Under the pieces are notes generated by a model. The model was not told the DNA's origin. It ran no database searches and saw nothing but the letters and a program-made list of their open reading frames with translations. This document shows positions 1 through 9,438 of a stretch of DNA of 40,656 nt, piece after piece; position 1 is the stretch's first letter; each line of letters starts with the position of its first letter. A program made the position numbers and the translations under genes. Source of the DNA: a virus (taxonomy: Duplodnaviria > Caudoviricetes); IMG/VR virus record IMGVR_UViG_3300037863_000166, positions 1 through 40,656 of that record; one strand, written 5' to 3'.

Positions 1-292
1 CGACGCGGGTTCGCGACGGGCGCAAGAGGGGCGTCCCGGGTCGCTTCGCTTCGAGCCCCATGTATGGGCCCCGATCCCAGGTCTGTCTACTAGGAAGGGT
101 AGCACCTAACTCATTGTTATCGTTGAGAGATTACCCCACTATAGTGCAAAATCTACCGTATTAAATTTTAGTGATTTTCGAATGCTAGCAGACCATTCAG
201 AAATCGGCGCGTAACAATCAACACTTCACAGAAACGACCGCCGTCCCTAAATCTCGCTCTGCGATGTGGGCCGTCGCCGCGCTGTAAAGCGC

Positions 293-508
293 ATGGGGCA
301 GAGGGAGTTTCGGATCCTTCCTCTGCCCCAAACCCCTCAGTGGAGCCGGCCAGTGTACGTTTTGACTTTAGTAATCGCCACTCTCTCAGTCCTCTACATC
401 CGCCTCACCCTCCGTAAGTCGGGCAGACCCTTCCTGGAACTGGCGCTCTACTTCGGAATTGCGCTCCTGGTGATATTCATGATCGGGGTGATCAACGCCG
501 AGGCATAG
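293..508 (+). CDS. small two-TM membrane protein, unknown function
   Basis: Two hydrophobic segments (VYVLTLVIATLSVLYI; LALYFGIALLVIFMIGVI). Ends at a terminator hairpin. Start at ATG 293 or GTG 266 is uncertain. Confidence 0.55.
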   Translation: MGQREFRILPLPQTPQWSRPVYVLTLVIATLSVLYIRLTLRKSGRPFLELALYFGIALLVIFMIGVINAEA

Positions 509-546
509 AAAAGCCCGCCGAGACTTAGGTCTCGGCGGGCCCTTTT
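509..546. terminator. bidirectional intrinsic terminator
   Basis: Perfect 12-bp stem GCCCGCCGAGAC-TTAG-GTCTCGGCGGGC with AAAA on the left and TTTT on the right, between convergent ORFs. Confidence 0.85.
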
Positions 547-760
547 ACGACTTTTCGGCGCGGCCCGTGACCAACGCCGAGGCCTTGGCACGATAGAACC
601 GGACCGACCCGGCCGACTCTTTCGAGATCGACTGGAACTGGACCCGGGACGTGACGCCTTCTGCGTCGATCGTTCCGTTCGTCTCATGAACAGACGTCAC
701 CTTGACGTCCTGCTCTATACCGTCGAGGTTCAACACCACGATATCGTCAATCTTAGCCAT
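545..760 (-). CDS. hypothetical protein (71 aa, MAKIDDIVVLN...)
   Basis: ATG at 760 with GGAG upstream. Packed behind ORF 765-953 and ends in the terminator. Confidence 0.6.
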   Translation of the reverse strand: MAKIDDIVVLNLDGIEQDVKVTSVHETNGTIDAEGVTSRVQFQSISKESAGSVRFYRAKASALVTGRAEKS

Positions 761-764
761 GCTC

Positions 765-953
765 TCACATCTCCACCGGTTTGATCCGAAACTCAGCAAG
801 CCGGTTCTTGCTGCGGAATGCCTCAGCCTCTGAACGAGTAAAGCCCCGAGGAGGTCCCGTCCAGATATCAGAAACTTCAATCGGGACACCGTCTACCATA
901 CCGTCCAGCGCCTCATAGTCTGCCCTGCTCATCACGATCAGCTCGATCATCAC
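765..953 (-). CDS. hypothetical protein
   Basis: Abuts the primase stop, co-oriented, fills the gap. Confidence 0.55.
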   Translation of the reverse strand: MMIELIVMSRADYEALDGMVDGVPIEVSDIWTGPPRGFTRSEAEAFRSKNRLAEFRIKPVEM

Positions 954-954
954 C

Positions 955-3381
955 TCACTTCCCCTTCACCTTTGTAATTCCAACGTAGAAAGTCTCTTCG
1001 TAACCGCCGGTATTCATCTTCGTTTGGATCTTGAAGCCAAATTCGCCCTGCATTTCGCTCATTCGCGCACGAAAATTGGTCAAATTGACCGGTTTTGCGT
1101 TCGTTGTGGACACGCAGAACCCATAATAGACGTCATAAATGCTCGTTTCGGACATCGAAACCGACTCATTTCGGGCCAGATTGAGCGACGAAGACTGGAC
1201 CAGGAATTGCCTGACCGAGTTGTTCGACACCGCCGTGTCCTTCATGACCCGCAGATGGCTCTCCGACTCGACGTAATCACCCCGCACGATCAGGCCAGAA
1301 ACCGACTGAGCGGCCCATGCCATGATCGCTTCACGCTCTTCGGCGAGGATTTCCGTGGCCAGATCGACGTTTTTCAGCCCAGCATCGACGATCCGGGTGA
1401 AGTGGTGAAAGAGCCAGCGACGAGTAAAGCCCCGCGAGCTGTCCCGCGACTTCGGCGTATGGTTCGAGCCAAACCAGTGCGTCAGGGTGGGCTTGAAGGT
1501 GAAGATCGGCTTGTGCTTGTGCTGCGCCGAGATCTCCGAGCCTTCGATGATCAGCTTGAACATGTCGCCGGGGATCATCTTCGTGTCCGACAACTCGCCA
1601 GCCCGGTTCATCAGCTTGCCATGCATCTGGCTAGGCAGGAAAGTGTCGTCCCAGTCACCAGGCTTCACTGAACAGACCGCACCCTCGGGCATCAACCCTT
1701 GCATGATGTCCAGCATCACCGACTTGCCCGACCCCGGCACCCCGTAGCAGCAGATCGCCCGCTGGAACTTGTAGCCGATGCCGAACATGGTCGCCGCCAT
1801 CGACTCCCTGAGTGCCTGAACCCGGTCATCGTAGTCAGCCTCGCCGCCCCAGCAGTCCCACAGATACTGCAGGAACCGAGGCATCCGGCCGCTCTCCTCT
1901 GGCAGGTAGCGATACGGCAGGACGTAGGTCTTGCCATAGGCATCTTCGTGAGGGAGCAGCTTCAGGTCCGAGGTCAGATAGCCGTTGGCGAAGTTGATAC
2001 CCTCGACGGCCTTGGTGCGGATGTTGCCACCGATCAGGGCCGAGGCCGTCTTCATGATCCCGTTGTGGTCCGAGTTTCGCTTCGCCGCCGGGTAGTGACC
2101 CAGCTCCTCGGCGATCTTGCGCATGACGTCGGCGTCCGACATCTCCTTCCACATCGCACCGTCCCACTGCCACCACTTCGTGAGCCAGTTGCGGACGAAG
2201 CCCGAGCTCTCGAGCTCGGTGATCAGAGCCTTGGCCAGCTCGGTGTGGTCAACCCCGGCCAGCGCACCCTGTCTGAGCCCGCGGATCTGGGTCTTCAGGA
2301 TCTGGACGGTCAGCGATCGGCTGGACGTGTTGGCGATCAGCCTCAGGATCGACTCCTCCTCGAGCATCTCCATCGCCGAAAGGTTGACCATCTTGGTCAT
2401 GACCTCGTTGACGCCGGTCAGATACGCGGCCGAACCCGGCTTGTGCAGCTCGACCAGCTGCAGGACCCGGGCCTGGAACTTGGAAAAGTCCCACGCCTCG
2501 CCCTCCTCGCCGAGCAGCTCGCGGATCTCCGACAGCATTTCGGCCGGCAGACCATCCTCCCAGCCCGGGCGCACAGCGCTCTTGCCTGGCCCGGTGCAGT
2601 CGCGGATGAAGAACGAGACCACCTTCTGGCGAGCGGCCGACACATCGATGTCATCTCCGGCGACGCGCTCGGTGTAGGCACCGATCCACGTCTCCATCTC
2701 GTTCATCGCCTCGACCAGGGTTCGCTCACCCTTGACCACGCCCCGCGCCTGGATCCCGGCGAAGGCCGTCATGGCCGTATCGCGCGACCCGGCCGGCGTC
2801 CACGAGGCCACCTTGGTGTGTCCCTGTGTCGACAGCTCGAACCCGAGATTGATCAGGCCCTGACGAAGCAGGATTTCGACGTTCTCGGGAAGTCGGCGCA
2901 GCCCGCTGGTCACGTTGGGCAGGTCGGTGTCCGAGACATAGGGCCTCTGCGTCTTGGGGTGGATCGATGGTGGCAGAACGATCTGGGCACCCTGAGACAG
3001 GCACTCGAGGATCATGTTCCCCTCAACATCCTTGATGCGGAAGGTCCGCTCGCCGGAATATTTGAAGGCCTTGACCGAACCCTTCTGACCAACACGGGTC
3101 CACGGGCTGTCGCCGCATATCTCCATGACCAGTTCGGCGATCCGCGGATCGTCGTTATCGACGTCGATCCCGATTACGCCCGAGCAGGGCCCGAGTGGAA
3201 GGCCCATATTCCCCCGGTCAAAGTTCGCCAGCCAGTCCGACTGCTGCTGCTCACTAGGCATCACGACGCAGAACGAGGACCACGAGTTGAGCGACGGCAT
3301 CTTGTCGCGCTGATGAAGAGGGATGACAGGAAGGCCCGCCGCCCAGTATCGGGCAGCATTCTCACCGAATGGACCGCTCAT
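955..3381 (-). CDS. DNA primase-polymerase/helicase (Prim-Pol N-terminus, PriCT-like, D5_N, SF3 helicase)
   Basis: N-terminal GLPVIPL...NMGLPLG...IGIDVD and IVLPPSIHPKT (Prim-Pol). GSRDTAM (PriCT-like). INFANGYL (D5_N). Walker A GVPGSGKS, then GSNHTP and RRW (P4/D5-type SF3 helicase). Confidence 0.9.
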   Translation of the reverse strand: MSGPFGENAARYWAAGLPVIPLHQRDKMPSLNSWSSFCVVMPSEQQQSDWLANFDRGNMGLPLGPCSGVIGIDVDNDDPRIAELVMEICGDSPWTRVGQKGSVKAFKYSGERTFRIKDVEGNMILECLSQGAQIVLPPSIHPKTQRPYVSDTDLPNVTSGLRRLPENVEILLRQGLINLGFELSTQGHTKVASWTPAGSRDTAMTAFAGIQARGVVKGERTLVEAMNEMETWIGAYTERVAGDDIDVSAARQKVVSFFIRDCTGPGKSAVRPGWEDGLPAEMLSEIRELLGEEGEAWDFSKFQARVLQLVELHKPGSAAYLTGVNEVMTKMVNLSAMEMLEEESILRLIANTSSRSLTVQILKTQIRGLRQGALAGVDHTELAKALITELESSGFVRNWLTKWWQWDGAMWKEMSDADVMRKIAEELGHYPAAKRNSDHNGIMKTASALIGGNIRTKAVEGINFANGYLTSDLKLLPHEDAYGKTYVLPYRYLPEESGRMPRFLQYLWDCWGGEADYDDRVQALRESMAATMFGIGYKFQRAICCYGVPGSGKSVMLDIMQGLMPEGAVCSVKPGDWDDTFLPSQMHGKLMNRAGELSDTKMIPGDMFKLIIEGSEISAQHKHKPIFTFKPTLTHWFGSNHTPKSRDSSRGFTRRWLFHHFTRIVDAGLKNVDLATEILAEEREAIMAWAAQSVSGLIVRGDYVESESHLRVMKDTAVSNNSVRQFLVQSSSLNLARNESVSMSETSIYDVYYGFCVSTTNAKPVNLTNFRARMSEMQGEFGFKIQTKMNTGGYEETFYVGITKVKGK

Positions 3382-3896
3382 GCCTCGGCACCGGTCTCGA
3401 TGAAGTCTCCGAGGTCCTTGATCAGTTTCGTCCGCTGGTCGACCGTCAGCTCCTTGTCGACGAAACGGTAGACCCGCTTCATGAAGTCCGACACCGCCCG
3501 CTGGTCGCTATTGCGTCCCTTCAGGTCCATCAGACGCTCGATCAGGCCGGGCTTGGCCTTGAGGAAGGCCAGCTTGTCCTTCTGGTCCATTTTCTTGTGG
3601 ACCTGGTCGTTGTCGATATCGTTGATATCCTGCAGAGCCAGGGCCAGCTGATATTCCATGATGTCGTGGCGGTCGCCGTCGTCATCGAGGAAGGTCTTTC
3701 GGGGCTCGACCGGCTCCCCTCTCAGTCCCTCCCCTCGAACCTCGAGCATCAGCCTCAGCTGGTGCTTGACCTCGGGGGAGTATGGGCACTCGTCTGCGTC
3801 CAGCAGATCAGGATTGGATTTATGGAGGATGCGGATGACCCTGAGCGGTGTCATGCTGGCATCGGTGATTTCGGGGTACGGGATCGGATCAGGCAT
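3378..3896 (-). CDS. hypothetical helical protein; candidate small terminase subunit
   Basis: Overlaps the primase start by 4 nt and is divergent from terL. Start is ATG 3896 or TTG 3932. Function inferred from position only. Confidence 0.6.
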   Translation of the reverse strand: MPDPIPYPEITDASMTPLRVIRILHKSNPDLLDADECPYSPEVKHQLRLMLEVRGEGLRGEPVEPRKTFLDDDGDRHDIMEYQLALALQDINDIDNDQVHKKMDQKDKLAFLKAKPGLIERLMDLKGRNSDQRAVSDFMKRVYRFVDKELTVDQRTKLIKDLGDFIETGAEA

Positions 3897-3976
3897 TACC
3901 CACTCGTAATCTGTAGTAGACTTTTCACGCAAGCCCTAAAAACATTTTTACTCGGGCACATCTATCCGATGTCCCT

Positions 3977-4002
3977 CCTCGCGTAACTTTTCACCCTCGA
4001 CT
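3977..4002 (+). promoter_or_regulatory. putative late promoter element GCGTAA-N10-TCGACT
   Basis: The 14-mer CCTCGCGTAACTTT is identical to 8227-8240. Upstream of terL. Confidence 0.5.
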
Positions 4003-4031
4003 TTTAGGCCCCACCCCGACAAGCGTCGGCA

Positions 4032-6674
4032 ATGAGCCTCAGTCTGTACCGTGATCTGCACGAGACACTGCGCATGCGATACCCGATTGACGGGGCCGAC
4101 ATGCTGATGTCCGATTGGCTGGTGGCCAACACCCACTATGCCGATGAATCGTTTTCATTCGACGGCTACCAGTTCCAGATCGCCATCGCCAACGACATGC
4201 ACCCCAACCTGGCGGTGAAGAAATGCTCGCAGGTGGGGCTTGCCCTTCCGCTCGACACGCCACTGCCGACACCGTCAGGCTGGACGACCATGGGGGAGGT
4301 CCAACCGGGCGACCAGATCTTCGATGAGCAGGGCCAGCCGACCACTGTCACCTTCAAGTCCGAGGTCCACACGGACCACATCTGCTACGAGATCACCTTC
4401 GACGATGGCACCACCCAGGTCGCTGACGCCGAACACCGCTGGCAGGTCCAGACTACCCGAGGCCCCTTCAACAGCGAAGGCGTCTTCAGTGGGCGTGGCC
4501 GACCGAACAAGTCGGAGGGTTATGCCCACAGCGGAGTGGTCGACACGCAGTTCCTGTTCGAGAACCACACCAAGACCCGGTTTTATATTCCGCTCACCCA
4601 GCCTCTTGACCTACCACCGGCCTCTCTCCCTATGGATCCCTACGTCTACGGCACACGGCTAAAAAGTGGAAACCGCATCCCGATTGCTTATCAGCGGGGA
4701 TCTGTCGAACAGCGACTGGAGCTGCTGCGGGGTCTGATGGACACCGGTGGTGGTAGCATCACCACCACCGGTGGGTGGGCTTCTTTCCACAACACCGAAG
4801 CTGGGCTAGTCCAAGATGTGCAGGATCTTCTTCATGGCCTGGGATACAAGACTTACACCCGCACCCGCACCTCAGATGGCCCAGTCTTTGGTGGGAACGA
4901 GGTCTCTTTCGTCCCTGACCAGACCCCGGTTTTCAAAAGGAACCGCCAGGCACGACCCCGCTTCACCAAGAGCCGGACGATCACCTCTGTCCACCTGGTC
5001 GCCACTGTTCCAACCCAGTGCCTGACAGTCGATGCGCCCAGCCACCTGTTCCTGGCCGGCCGCTCGATGGTCCCGACCCACAATACCGAGACCCAGATCC
5101 GCAAGTTCTTCGCGTGGCTGAAACGCCACCCAGGCAAGACCGGCATTTTCACCCTGCCGTCCGAGAAGCTGTTCAAGCGTATCTCGAAGATGCGGATCAA
5201 GCCTTGGCTCGCTAAGGAGGCCGTGTTCAACTCGTCCTACGACGACGGCGTCAAGCCGACGCGCTCGATGGACATGTATCAGATCGACTCCAGCTTCGCC
5301 GTGATCTCGGGCCTGACGGAAGACGACGCCACCTCGACCTCGGCCGACATCCTGTTCCATGATGAGCTGGACCTGTCGGACATGTCGATGATCGACCTGG
5401 CCCAGTCGCGCCTGCAGAACTCCGACGACAAGATCACCCAAGCCTTCTCGACGCCCAAATACCCGGGCTACGGCATCGACAGCCGCTTCCAGCTGTCTGA
5501 CCAGAACGAATATTTCCACCGCTGCCCGTCGTGCAACCACCTCCAGGTGCCGGAGTTCGACCTCAAGTTCCTGAACCTGAGCTCCAAGACTGGCTACTTC
5601 GGGCCCGAGAACATCCTCGAGGCGACAGACGACCAGATCAACCGGATCCAGTTTCAGGATCTGCGCGTCCAGTGCGAGCGGTGCCATGTGCCGATCGATC
5701 TGCGCGATCACTCAACCCGGTTCTACGTCACCAAATACCCCGGCCGCAGCCTCATCCGCGGCTACAACGTCGGCCCGTTCTCGACCCACCGGATCCCGCC
5801 CGACTACATCTTCAGCCGACTGATCAAGGCCCGGTCGGCCAACGCCATCGGTGGCTTCTACAACACCGTGCTCGGCCGGCCATACGTCGACGGCAACGCC
5901 CAGCTGTCCGAGACCGAGATCCGTGCCGTCATGGGTGACGCCGTGACCCACGAGGTCGGGGCTGATATACCGTGCTTCATCGGGATCGACGTCGGCGAGG
6001 TCTGCCACATCGTGGTCGGCCCGCTCTTCGGCCAGTCTGGCGGCGTGGTCACGTTCCGAACCTGCCTGATCAACAAGCTCTACGACGTGATCGAGGAGCT
6101 GAAGGAAAAATACAACATCGTTGGCGGCACGATCGACAGACACCCGCAGAGCCACGTCGCCAATGCTGTGCGCGACAAGTTCCCGGGCATCATGCCCTGC
6201 GAGTATCGAGGTAGCGCCCCGATCCGCATGGTCGTGAGCCAGGAGACCGGCGACGTCACCCACTGCCAGGTTGACAGGACCGATGCCATCGACCGGGTCG
6301 TGAAGTCCATCCGCGATGGCACCCTACGGCTCGAGGGCTACGGCGCTCAGGCTGAGGTCTTGATCACCCATCTCCGAAACATGGTCCGTGAAGAAGAGCC
6401 CGAGACGCCGGCAAAGTGGGTCAAGCTCTCAGAGGACGATCACTTCTTCCACGCCCTGGTCTTCTTCCTGGTAGCGCCTCGCATGCTCGAGATGCTATTC
6501 GAGCACACGAACTCATCCATGCTGAGCTCCGCTGGGGTGTTCAGTATGGATGATCTCATCTTTTCTCCAACTGAAGGCACGGGTCGCAACCCCGACTTCA
6601 TGAAACCCGAACCCGCCGCCTTGTCGACAATGGCTCGGATGAAGCAACGAGGACCATCACTATGGCGGGCGTAA
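4032..6674 (+). CDS. terL: terminase large subunit (GpA-like), intein-containing
   Basis: Spliced Walker A KKCSQVGL|TE, Walker B ILFHDELD, coupling motif FSTP, Zn-finger CPSC...CERC, nuclease GIDVG, and C-terminal DDHFFHA. Confidence 0.92.
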   Translation: MSLSLYRDLHETLRMRYPIDGADMLMSDWLVANTHYADESFSFDGYQFQIAIANDMHPNLAVKKCSQVGLALPLDTPLPTPSGWTTMGEVQPGDQIFDEQGQPTTVTFKSEVHTDHICYEITFDDGTTQVADAEHRWQVQTTRGPFNSEGVFSGRGRPNKSEGYAHSGVVDTQFLFENHTKTRFYIPLTQPLDLPPASLPMDPYVYGTRLKSGNRIPIAYQRGSVEQRLELLRGLMDTGGGSITTTGGWASFHNTEAGLVQDVQDLLHGLGYKTYTRTRTSDGPVFGGNEVSFVPDQTPVFKRNRQARPRFTKSRTITSVHLVATVPTQCLTVDAPSHLFLAGRSMVPTHNTETQIRKFFAWLKRHPGKTGIFTLPSEKLFKRISKMRIKPWLAKEAVFNSSYDDGVKPTRSMDMYQIDSSFAVISGLTEDDATSTSADILFHDELDLSDMSMIDLAQSRLQNSDDKITQAFSTPKYPGYGIDSRFQLSDQNEYFHRCPSCNHLQVPEFDLKFLNLSSKTGYFGPENILEATDDQINRIQFQDLRVQCERCHVPIDLRDHSTRFYVTKYPGRSLIRGYNVGPFSTHRIPPDYIFSRLIKARSANAIGGFYNTVLGRPYVDGNAQLSETEIRAVMGDAVTHEVGADIPCFIGIDVGEVCHIVVGPLFGQSGGVVTFRTCLINKLYDVIEELKEKYNIVGGTIDRHPQSHVANAVRDKFPGIMPCEYRGSAPIRMVVSQETGDVTHCQVDRTDAIDRVVKSIRDGTLRLEGYGAQAEVLITHLRNMVREEEPETPAKWVKLSEDDHFFHALVFFLVAPRMLEMLFEHTNSSMLSSAGVFSMDDLIFSPTEGTGRNPDFMKPEPAALSTMARMKQRGPSLWRA
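4242..5084 (+). mobile_element. class 3 intein (281 aa) with degenerate LAGLIDADG endonuclease
   Basis: Starts ALPLDTPLPTPSGWTTMG, block B ADAEHRW, block F VPTQCLTV, ends VPTHN before Thr+1. Confidence 0.9.
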
Positions 6675-8236
6675 TCACGAGCCTTCAGGACCTCTTGGGA
6701 CTGAACAAGAAGCAGACCAAGCCGAAGACCGGAGTGGTCAGCCGTCTGCCGACCTATGACTCCAACTCGCGCGACGGCAAGATCGTCATCCCGCAGTTCA
6801 CCCAGCACACCGAGGACATCTTCGACAGCCGGTCGGCCAACGACAGCCGCACCCTGATGGCCAATATGTTCGTCCACGACAGCGACATCTCGGCCTCGGT
6901 CAACGGCTACCTAACCCTTGCCAACACCGACCTGATGTTCTGGGTCTCAGACCCAACCACTGGTGACATCGACCGTGACCTGACCATGCAGCTGCAGGCG
7001 ATGGTCGTCGCGCTGACCGAGCCGTTCGACTACAGCCAGGGCTTCCAGCTGAAGCCCGACCTCGACACGACCACCGAGGAAATGCGCTACATGACCCTGT
7101 TGCGCGGCGGGATCGGCACCGAGCTGGTCTTTGACAAGCAGCTGGTCCCTCAACGCCTTGAGAACGTCGACCTCGCCACCATCCAGTGGATCGAGAAGAC
7201 CCCCGGTGAATACAAACCCTTCCAGATCAACCGTGGCGACAACCAAGAGATCAGCCTCGACATCCCGAGCTTCTGGGTGGCCTTCCACCGCCGCGACCCG
7301 ACTAAGATCTACCAGGCCGGCAACTTCGTCGCCGCGATCAACTCGATCGCTGCCCGCCAGCTGGTGATCAACGAGCTCTACTCGATCATGCGGACCACCG
7401 GCTATAGCCGCATGACCGTGGCCGTGACGGAGGAGATCATCCTCAAGAACGCCCCGGTCGAGCTGCGGACTAACCCGGCCCGACTGCGCGAGTATCTCAA
7501 CGACCGCCTGAACCAGATCGGCGCGAGCCTGCAAGGCCTGAAGTCGGGCAGCCCGTTCGTCCACTGGGACAGCGTCAAGCCTGACGTCATAAACGACCGC
7601 AACCCGAACGCCGCGCTGGACATCCGACCGGTTATCGAGGTCCTGAATGCGCAGAACCAGGCCGCGCTCAAGACCATGCCGACGGTCCTCGGCCGAGGCA
7701 ACAACGCCCAGGTCGCCGGGGTCGAGGCGCGGTATGCAGCCATGTGTGCCGACGAGCTGAACAAGGCCCCGGGCATGAACCTGCGCCGGGCCATGCAGTT
7801 CATGCTCAATGTCCAGGGGATCCCCGGGATCGTGCATGCCCGCTTCCTGCCCGCCGAGCTACGGCCGGATCTGGAGCTCGAGCCCCAGCGCGTCATGAAG
7901 TCCTCGCGATTGAAGGACGACCTGAGCCTGGGCCTGATCTCAGACAGCGAATACCATATGCAGATGCACGGGCGGCCCGCGCCGGCCAATGCCCCCGAGC
8001 TCTCTGGTACAGGCTTCAACAACACTGGCCCGCAGGCTGATGTCTCGGCGATCAGCCCCAACGCTGACCCGATGGGCCAGTCGATCACGCCTCAGAACGC
8101 GAAGTCGGCCCGGTCCAACGAGAACCGCGGATCAGGGGGCAGCAGGGTTGTCGCGATGCTCAGCCGAGATGACATCATGGACTTGGCGCGTGAGCAAATC
8201 GTCCGTGATGAGGAGGTTTCGCGTAACCTCGCGTAA
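6662..8236 (+). CDS. portal protein
   Basis: 524 aa directly after terL and before protease/capsid. Size and synteny fit. Confidence 0.8.
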   Translation: MAGVITSLQDLLGLNKKQTKPKTGVVSRLPTYDSNSRDGKIVIPQFTQHTEDIFDSRSANDSRTLMANMFVHDSDISASVNGYLTLANTDLMFWVSDPTTGDIDRDLTMQLQAMVVALTEPFDYSQGFQLKPDLDTTTEEMRYMTLLRGGIGTELVFDKQLVPQRLENVDLATIQWIEKTPGEYKPFQINRGDNQEISLDIPSFWVAFHRRDPTKIYQAGNFVAAINSIAARQLVINELYSIMRTTGYSRMTVAVTEEIILKNAPVELRTNPARLREYLNDRLNQIGASLQGLKSGSPFVHWDSVKPDVINDRNPNAALDIRPVIEVLNAQNQAALKTMPTVLGRGNNAQVAGVEARYAAMCADELNKAPGMNLRRAMQFMLNVQGIPGIVHARFLPAELRPDLELEPQRVMKSSRLKDDLSLGLISDSEYHMQMHGRPAPANAPELSGTGFNNTGPQADVSAISPNADPMGQSITPQNAKSARSNENRGSGGSRVVAMLSRDDIMDLAREQIVRDEEVSRNLA

Positions 8237-8252
8237 CTTTCATCACTTGAGC
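8221..8252 (+). promoter_or_regulatory. putative late promoter: tandem GCGTAAC plus TTGAGC
   Basis: GCGTAA at 8221 and 8231, then N10, then TTGAGC at 8247. Upstream of the protease. Confidence 0.5.
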
Positions 8253-8284
8253 TTACTCCCGACGACAGAATAGGTGGGTCCACC

Positions 8285-9403
8285 ATGAAGCAGGTCACCA
8301 AGACAGCCGAAGTTATCCAGAGCCTCCAACGCGCATTCGGCGCGGACGTCGCCGTGGGAAACTATGCCGTCTTCGAGATGACCGCGCTCAACAACCTGCC
8401 GATCCGTCAGAAACATCCACTGTTCGAAGGCGCGATCGCGCAAGATAGCATGCTCCGGGAGATCGTCCAGTCGATCACCACTGAGAGCGCACCGCTTCAA
8501 CTGATGCACGACACCCGGCAGCTGCCGGCCGGTCGCGTCTTCGATGCCCAACTCGTCAACGGCGAGGTCCGCGCCCTGTTCGCGATCAACATTGACCCTG
8601 CCAGCGCCACACCCGAGACCAGGAAAATGGTCTCCGACATCGACGCAGGCATCATCAATCAGGTCTCGGTCAATGTTCTGGCCAAGGAGCTGCTCTGCTC
8701 CGAGTGCGGCTGGAACTATCTCGGCGAAGACGCCAACTACATGAACGTTCTGAACGGTGAGTGTGACAACGGTCACGCGCTCCGCGCTGATGGTGTCCAC
8801 GTCAAGATGCACGGCCTGGATTATCTGGCTGAGATCTCGCTGGTCGGCACCGGCGGCGCGACCGGCGCTCGCATCCTCTCCAAGGACAACCAGATCTTCG
8901 GTTCGGAGAGCTTCCAACGTCTGGCCGCCTCTGGCCTGGCACCGGCCATGTTGGTCGCCAACTTCAACCCCACCCAAGGACAACCCGACATGGACCTCAA
9001 TGCACTCGTGGCTGATCTCTCGACCGTCAAGGCCTCCGAGATCACCCTGACCGCCAACCTGAACGCTTCGACCGCTCTGGTCGCTGAGCGTGACGCCACG
9101 ATCGTCACCCTCACCGCAGAGCGCGACGTTGCTGTCGCCGCCCAGGCCGAGGCCGTGGCCACCGCCGCCCCTTCTGCTGCCGTTCTTGCTTTCATCAAGG
9201 ACGCAGCGACCAAGGCGATGATCGCCTCGGGCAACCAGACCCCGACCGTCCCTGACGACGTCGAGGCACAGATCGCTGAGATCACCAAGACCGGAACCAT
9301 GCTGAGCATGATCCCGGTCGGTGGTGCCAGCACCGCCAAAGTCGATGACGTTGAAGATGCCCCGGCATCCGCCTCGTCCTCGGCCTTCCGTCGCCGGGCT
9401 TAA
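8285..9403 (+). CDS. prohead protease / scaffold protein
   Basis: LMHD...PAGR, QVSVN, CSECG...CDNGH, EISLVGTG protease-like motifs. Ala-rich coiled-coil C-terminus. Lies between portal and capsid. Confidence 0.8.
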   Translation: MKQVTKTAEVIQSLQRAFGADVAVGNYAVFEMTALNNLPIRQKHPLFEGAIAQDSMLREIVQSITTESAPLQLMHDTRQLPAGRVFDAQLVNGEVRALFAINIDPASATPETRKMVSDIDAGIINQVSVNVLAKELLCSECGWNYLGEDANYMNVLNGECDNGHALRADGVHVKMHGLDYLAEISLVGTGGATGARILSKDNQIFGSESFQRLAASGLAPAMLVANFNPTQGQPDMDLNALVADLSTVKASEITLTANLNASTALVAERDATIVTLTAERDVAVAAQAEAVATAAPSAAVLAFIKDAATKAMIASGNQTPTVPDDVEAQIAEITKTGTMLSMIPVGGASTAKVDDVEDAPASASSSAFRRRA

Positions 9404-9438
9404 TCGCTCACTTTTGAACTGAAACCGGAGGAGCCATC

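Noticed and set aside
1699-3471. 590-aa plus-strand ORF, and similar long antisense ORFs (9746-11089, 14692-15735, 18451-19791, 26992-28377)
   Set aside because: Shadow frames of GC-biased real genes; no motifs or RBS.
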